A DNA stretch of 64,000 bases from Eledone cirrhosa. Taxonomy: Eukaryota. Both the position numbers and the translations under genes were made by a program. The stretch spans positions 35,154,001 to 35,218,000 of the forward strand of contig OZ024747.1 of assembly GCA_964016885.1 (NCBI GenBank), given 5' to 3'. Every line of letters begins with the position of its first letter. The stretch's first letter is position 1. The notes under the pieces are model-generated. The model did not search any database. It worked only from the letters and a program-made list of their open reading frames with translations, and was not told the DNA's origin. Below are positions 56,806 to 64,000 of the stretch, one piece after another.

Positions 56806-59800
56806 ATGTCTTTGCTCCAGTATCACAGTTACTGCAGCACGAATAAACTAATGTATTTACTCCAGTATCACTATTACGGCAACACAAATAAACTAAGGTC
56901 TTTGCTCCAGTATCACTGTTACTGCAGCACAAATAAACTAATGTCTTTGCTCCAGTATCACTGTTATTGCAACACAAATAAACTAATGTCTTTGCTCCAG
57001 TATCACTATTACTAAAACACAAATAAACTAATGTCTTTGCTCCAGTATCACTATTACTAAAACACAAATAAACTAATGTCTTTACTCCAGTATCACTATT
57101 ACTGCAACACAAATAAACTAATGTCTTTACTCCAGTATCACTATTACTGCAACACAAATAAACTAATGTCTTTGCTCCAGTATCACTATTACTAAAACAC
57201 AAATAAACTAATGTCTTTGCTCCAGTATCACTATTACTAAAACACAAATAAACTAATGTCTTTACTCCAGTATGACTGTTACTGCAACACAAATAAACTA
57301 ATGTCTTTGCTCCATTATCACTATTACTAAAACACAAATAAACTAATGTCTTTGCTCCAGTATCACTATTACTAAAACACAAATAAACTAATGTCTTTAC
57401 TCCAGTATCACTGTTACTGCAACACAAATAAACTAATGTCTTTGCTCCAGTATCACTGTTACTGCAACACAAATAAACTAATGTCATTGCTCCAGTATTA
57501 CTATTACTGCAACACAAATAAACTAATGTCTTTGCTCCAGTATCACTATTACTGCAACACAAATAAACTAATGGCTTAGCTCCAGTATCACTGTTACTGC
57601 AACACAAATAAACTAATGTCTTTGCTCCAGTATCACTGTTACTGCAACACAAATAAACTAATGTCTTTACTCCAGTATCACTATTACTGCAACACAAATA
57701 AAGTAACGTCTTTACTCCAGTATCACTGTTACTGCAACACAAATAAACTAATGTCTTTACTCCAGTATCACTGTTACTGAAACACAAATAAATTAATGTC
57801 TTTGCTCCAGTATCACTATTACTGCAACACAAATAAACTAATGTCTTTACTCCAGTATCACTGTTACTGCAACACAAATAAACTAATGTCATTGCTCCAG
57901 TATTACTATTACTGCAACACAAATAAACTAATGTCTTTACTCCAGTATCACTGTTACTGAAACACAAATAAATTTATGTATTTGCTCCAGTATCACTATT
58001 ACTGCAACACAAATAAACTAATGTCTTTACTCCAGTATCACTGTTACTTCAACACAAATAAACTAATGTCTTTACTCCAGTATCACTGTTACTGCAACAC
58101 AAATAAACTAATGTCTTTACTCCAGTATCACTGTTACTGCAACACAAATAAACTAATGTCTTTACTCAAGTATCACTGTTACTGCAACACAAATAAATTA
58201 ATGTCTTTGCTCCAGTATCACTGTTACTGCAACACAAATAAACTAATGTCATTGCTCCAGTATCACTATTACTGCAACACAAATAAACTAATGTCTTTAC
58301 TCCAGTATCACTATTACTGCAACACAAATAAACTAATGTCATTGCTCCAGTATTACTATTACTGCAACACAAATAAACTAATGTCTTTACTCCAGTATCA
58401 CTGTTACTGAAACACAAATAAATTAATGTCTTTGCTCCAGTATCACTGTTACTGCAACACAAATAAACTAATGTCATTGCTCCAGTATTACTGTTACTGT
58501 AACACAAATAAACTAATGTCTTTGCTCCAGTATCACTATTACTGCAACACAAATAAACTAATGTCTTTGCTCCAGTATCACTGTTACTGCAACACAAATA
58601 AACTAATGTCATTGCTCCAGTATTACTATTACTGCAACACAAATAAATTAATGTCTTTGCTCCAGTATCACTGTTACTGCAACACAAATAAACTAATGTC
58701 ATTGCTCCAGTATTACTATTACTGCAACACAAATAAATTAATGTCTTTGCTCCAGTATCACTGTTACTGCAACACAAATAATCTAATGTCTTTGCTCCAG
58801 TATCACTGTTACTGCAACACAAATAAACTAATGTCTTTACTCCAGTATCACTGTTACTGCAACACAAATATACTAATGTCTTTGCTCTAGTATCACTGTT
58901 ACTGCAACACAAATAAACTAATGTCTTTATGCCAGTATCACTATTACTAAAACACAAATAAACTAATGTTTTTACTCCAGTATCACTGTTACTGCAACAC
59001 AAATAAACTAATGTCTTTACTCCAGTATCACTGTTACTGCAACACAAATAAACTAATGTCTTTATTCCAGTATCACTGTTACTGCAACACAAATAAACTA
59101 ATGTCTTTACTCCAGTATCACTATTACTGCAACACAAATAAACCAATGTCTTTGCTCCAGTATCACTATTACTAAAACACAAATAAACTAATGTATTTGC
59201 TCCAGTATCACTGTTACTGCAACACAAATAAACTAATGTCTTTGCTCCAGTATCACTATTACTAAAACACAAATAAACTAATGTATTTGCTCCAGTATCA
59301 CTGTTACTGCAACACAAATAAATTAATGTCTTTCCTCCAGTATCACTGTTACTGCAGCACAAATAAACTAATGTCTTTACTCCAGTATCACTGTTACTGC
59401 AACACAAATAAACTAATGTCTTTACTCCAGTATCACTGTTACTGCAACACAGATAAACTAATGTATTTGCTCCAGTATCACTGTTACTGCAGCACGAATA
59501 AACTAATGTATTTACTCCAGTATCACTGTTACTGCAGCACAAATAAACTAATGTCTTTGCTCCAGTATCACTGTTACTGCAACAAAAATAAACTCATGTC
59601 TTTACTCCAGTATCACTATTACTGCAACACAAATAAACTAATGTCTTTACTCCAGTATCACTTTTTACTGCAACACAAATAAACTAATGTCTTTGCTCCA
59701 GAATCACTATTACTAAAACACAAATAAACTAATGTCATTGCTCCAGTATCACTGTTACTGCAACACAAATAAACTAATGTCTTTGCTCCAGTATCACTGT

Positions 59801-62800
59801 TACTGCAACACAAATAAACTAATGTCTTTGCTCCAGTATCACTGTTACTGCAACACAAAAAAACTAATGTCTTTACTCCAGTATCACTGTTACTGCAACA
59901 CAAATAAACTAATGTCTTTGCTCCAGTATCACTATTACTAAAACACAAATAAACTAATGTAATTGCTCCAGTATCACTGTTACTGCAACACAAATAAACT
60001 AATGTCATTGCTCCAGTATCACTGTTACTGCAACACAAATAAACTAATGTCATTGCTCCAGTATCACTGTTACTGCAACACAAATAAACTAATGTCTTTG
60101 CTCCAGTATCACTATTAGTGCAACACAAATAAACTAATGTCTTTACTCCAGTATCACTGTTACTGCAACACAAATAAACTAATGGCCTTGCTCCAGTATC
60201 ACTGTTACTGCAACACAAATAAAATAATGTCTTTGCTCCAGTATCACTATTACTGCAACACAAATAAGCTAATGTCTTTACTCCAGTATCACTATTACTG
60301 CAACACAAATAAACTAATGTCTTTGCTCCAGTATCATTATTACTAAAACACAAATAAACTAATGTATTTGCTCCAGTATCACTGTTACTGCAACACAAAT
60401 AAACTAATGTCTTTGCTCCAGTATCACAGTTACTGCAGCACGAATAAACTAATGTATTTACTCCAGTATCACTATTACGGCAACACAAATAAACTAAGGT
60501 CTTTGCTCCAGTATCACTGTTACTGCAGCACAAATAAACTAATGTCTTTGCTCCAGTATCACTGTTATTGCAACACAAATAAACTAATGTCTTTGCTCCA
60601 GTATCACTATTACTAAAACACAAATAAACTAATGTCTTTGCTGCAGTATCACTATTACTAAAACACAAATAAACTAATGTCTTTACTCCAGTATCACTAT
60701 TACTGCAACACAAATAAACTAATGTCTTTACTCCAGTATCCCTATTACTGCAACACAAATAAACTAATGTCTTTGCTCCAGTATCAATATTACTAAAACA
60801 CAAATAAACTAATGACTTTGCTCCAGTATCACTATTACTAAAACACAAATAAACTAATGTCTTTACTCCAGTATGACTGTTACTGCAACACAAATACACT
60901 AATGTCTTTGCTCCAGTATCACTATTACTAAAACACAAATAAACTAATGTCTTTGCTCCAGTATCACTATTACTAAAACACAAATAAACTAATGTCTTTA
61001 CTCCAGTATCACTGTTACTGCAACACAAATAAACTAATGTCTTTGCTCCAGTATCACTGTTACTGCAACACAAATAAACTAATGTCATTGCTCCAGTATT
61101 ACTATTACTGCAACACAAATAAACTAATGTCTTTGCTCCAGTATCACTATTACTGCAACACAAATAAACTAATGGCTTAGCTCCAGTATCACTGTTACTG
61201 CAACACAAATAAACTAATGTCTTTGCTCCAGTATCACTGTTACTGCAACACAAATAAACTAATGTCTTTACTCCAGTATCACTATTACTGCAACACAAAT
61301 AAACTAACCTCTTTACTCCAGTATCACTGTTACTGCAACACAAATAAACTAATGTCTTTACTCCAGTATCACTGTTACTGAAACACAAATACATTAATGT
61401 CTTTGCTCCAGTATCACTATTACTGCAACACAAATAAACTAATGTCTTTACTCCAGTATCACTGTTACTGCAACACAAAAAAACTAATGTCATTGCTCCA
61501 GTATTACTATTACTGCAACACAAATAAACTAATGTCTTTACTCCAGTATCACTGTTACTGAAACACAAATAAATTAATGTCTTTGCTCCAGTATCACTAT
61601 TACTGCAACACAAATAAACTAATGTCTTTACTCCAGTATCACTGTTACTGCAACACAAATAAACTAATGTCTTTACTCCAGTATCACTGTTACTGCAACA
61701 CAAATAAAATAATGTCTTTACTCCAGTATCACTGTTACTGCAACACAAATAAACTAATGTCTTTACTCAAGTATCACTGTTACTGCAACACAAATAAATT
61801 AATGTCTTTGCTCCAGTATCACTGTTACTGCAACACAAATAAACTAATGTCATTGCTCCAGTATCACTATTACTACAACACAAATAAACTAATGTCTTTA
61901 CTCCAGTATCACTATCACTGCAACACAAATAAACTAATGTCATTGCTCCAGTATTACTATTACTGCAACACAAATAAACTAATGTCTTTACTCCAGTATC
62001 ACTGTTACTGAAACACAAATAAATTAATGTCTTTGCTCCAGTATCACTGTTACTGCAACACAAATAAACTAATGTCATTGCTCCAGTATTACTGTTACTG
62101 TAACACAAATAAACTAATGTCTTTGCTCCAGTATCACTATTACTGCAACACAAATAAACTAATGTCTTTGCTCCAGTATCACTGTTACTGGAACACAAAT
62201 AAACTAATGTCATTGCTCCAGTATTACTATTACTGCAACACAAATAAATTAATGTCTTTCCTCCAGTATCACTGTTACTGCAACACAAATAAACTAATGT
62301 CATTGCTCCAGTATTACTATTACTGCAACACAAATAAATTAATGTCTTTGCTCCAGTATCACTGTTACTGCAACACAAATAATCTAATGTCTTTGCTCCA
62401 GTATCACTGTTACTGCAACACAAATAAACTAATGTCTTTACTCCAGTATCACTGTTACTGCAACACAAATAAACTAATGTCTTTGCTCTAGTATCACTGT
62501 TTCTGCAACACAAATAAACTAATGTCTTTACTCCAGTATCACTATTACTAAAACACAAATAAACTAATGTTTTTACTCCAGTATCACTGTTACTGCAACA
62601 CAAATAAACTAATGTCTTTACTCCAGTATCACTGTTACTGCAACACAAATAAACTAATGTCTTTACTCCAGTATCACTGTTACTGCAACACAAATAAACT
62701 AATGTCTTTACTCCAGTATCACTATTACTGCAACACAAATAAACCAATGTCTTTGCTCCAGTATCACTATTACTAAAACACAAATAAACTAATGTATTTG

Positions 62801-63061
62801 CTCCAGTATCACTGTTACTGCAACACAAATAAACTAATGTCTTTGCTCCAGTATCACTATTACTAAAACACAAATAAACTAATGTATTTGCTCCAGTATC
62901 ACTGTTACTGCAACACAAATAAATTAATGTCTTTCCTCCAGTATCACTGTTACTGCAGCACAAATAAACTAATGTCTTTACTCCAGTATCACTGTTACTG
63001 CAACACAAATAAACTAATGTCTTTACTCCAGTATCACTGTTACTGCAACACAAATAAACTA
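56806..63061. repeat. Duplicated ~2.65-kb block at offset 3601 bp (56806-59460 / 60407-63061), more diverged than the other duplications
   Basis: Offsets 57391/60992, 57976/61577, 58426/62027, 58966/62567, 59281/62882; many private substitutions between the copies. Confidence 0.85.
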
Positions 63062-64000
63062 ATGTCTTTGCTCCAGTATCACAGTTACTGCAGCACGAAT
63101 AAACTAATGTATTTACTCCAGTATCACTATTACGGCAACACAAATAAACTAAGGTCTTTGCTCCAGTATCACTGTTACTGCAGCTCAAATAAACTAATGT
63201 CTTTGCTCCAGTATCACTGTTATTGCAACACAAATAAACTAATGTCTTTGCTCCAGTATCACTGTTACTGCAACAAAAATAAACTCATGTCTTTACTCCA
63301 GTATCACTGTTACTGCAACACAAATAAACTAATGTCTTTACTCCAGTATCACTTTTTACTGCAACACAAATAAACTAATGTCTTTGCTCCAGAATCACTA
63401 TTACTAAAACACAAATAAACTAATGTCATTTCTCCAGTATCACTGTTACTGCAACACAAATAAACTAATGTCTTTGCTCCAGTATCACTGTTACTGCAAC
63501 ACAAATAAACTAATGTCTTTGCTCCAGTATCACTGTTACTGCAACACAAAAATCTAATGTCTTTACTCCAGTATCACTGTTACTGCAACACAAATAAACT
63601 AATGTCTTTGCTCCAGTATCACTATTACTAAAACACAAATAAACTAATGTCATTGCTCCAGTATCACTGTTACTGCAACACAAATAAACTAATGTCATTG
63701 CTCCAGTATCACTGTTACTGCAACACAAATAAACTAATGTCTTTGCTCCAGTATCACTATTACTAAAACACAAATATAATAATGTCATTGCTCCAGTATC
63801 ACTGTTACTGCAACACAAATAAACTAATGTCTTTGCTCCAGTATCACTGTTACTGCAACACAAATAAACTAATGTCATTGCTCCAGTATCACTGTTACTG
63901 CAACACAAATAAACTAATGTCTTTGCTCCAGTATCACTGTTACTGCAACACAAATAAACTAATGTCATTGCTCCAGTATCACTGTTACTGCAACACAAAT

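Larger units (their letters stand above)
22522..64000. repeat. 45-bp satellite tandem array, right arm (continues beyond window end)
   Basis: Same monomer and orientation; it resumes in register after the insertion (ataaaataat-gtctttgctccag). No strand switch seen. Confidence 0.98.

Noticed and set aside
37-63373. Numerous plus-strand ORFs encoding (MSLLQYHCYCNTNKL)n, superficially Cys/His-rich metal-binding or zinc-finger-like proteins
   Set aside because: They are a direct translation of the 45-bp unit, which contains an ATG. Stops and frameshifts are frequent and are copied by duplications, there is no unique N- or C-terminal domain, and the spacing does not match C2H2 or LRR consensus.
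24990-63560. Singleton 1-bp indels (~24998, ~28161, ~36166, ~63550) as programmed frameshifts or domain boundaries
   Set aside because: They are isolated and mostly in or next to short homopolymers, so they cannot be distinguished from private mutations or consensus errors without reads.
11715-63998. Long minus-strand ORFs (up to 1375 aa) of (CCSNSDTGVKTLVYL)n
   Set aside because: They mostly start at non-ATG codons within the repeat and end at arbitrary indels or stops, and they overlap antisense ORFs of the same repeat. Not called as CDS; residual doubt is recorded under findings.
1-64000. CRISPR array or diversity-generating repeat cassette
   Set aside because: There are no unique spacers, and no cas, reverse transcriptase or recombinase genes. 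Variation is point mutation inherited in duplicated blocks, and the SINE indicates a eukaryotic context.
1-64000. Telomeric repeat, rDNA/5S array or orientation switch within the array
   Set aside because: No TTAGGG-type units, no rRNA-like sequence and no inverted monomers were seen.

Overview
Almost the whole 64 kb window is one head-to-tail 45-bp satellite array of about 1,418 monomers, all in the same orientation. The consensus is ATGTCTTTRCTCCAGTATCACTRTTACTGCAACACAAATAAACTA (about 33% GC, no CpG). The only non-satellite sequence is a 186-bp minus-strand insertion at 22336-22521. It has RNA polymerase III A/B boxes, a Meta-domain-like core and a perfect 10-bp target-site duplication, so it is a tRNA-derived SINE; this implies an animal genome, and from memory it resembles octopus/cephalopod SINEs. 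Diagnostic variants show nested, irregular higher-order duplications (135, 315, 1080, 1844/1799, 1933, 2338, 2612, 2879, 3601, 3918 and 6341 bp offsets) and progressive turnover of variants along the array. The many ORFs are best explained as by-products of a 45-bp (15-codon) unit with two stop-free frames. I call no protein-coding gene, CRISPR array or new multi-gene system.
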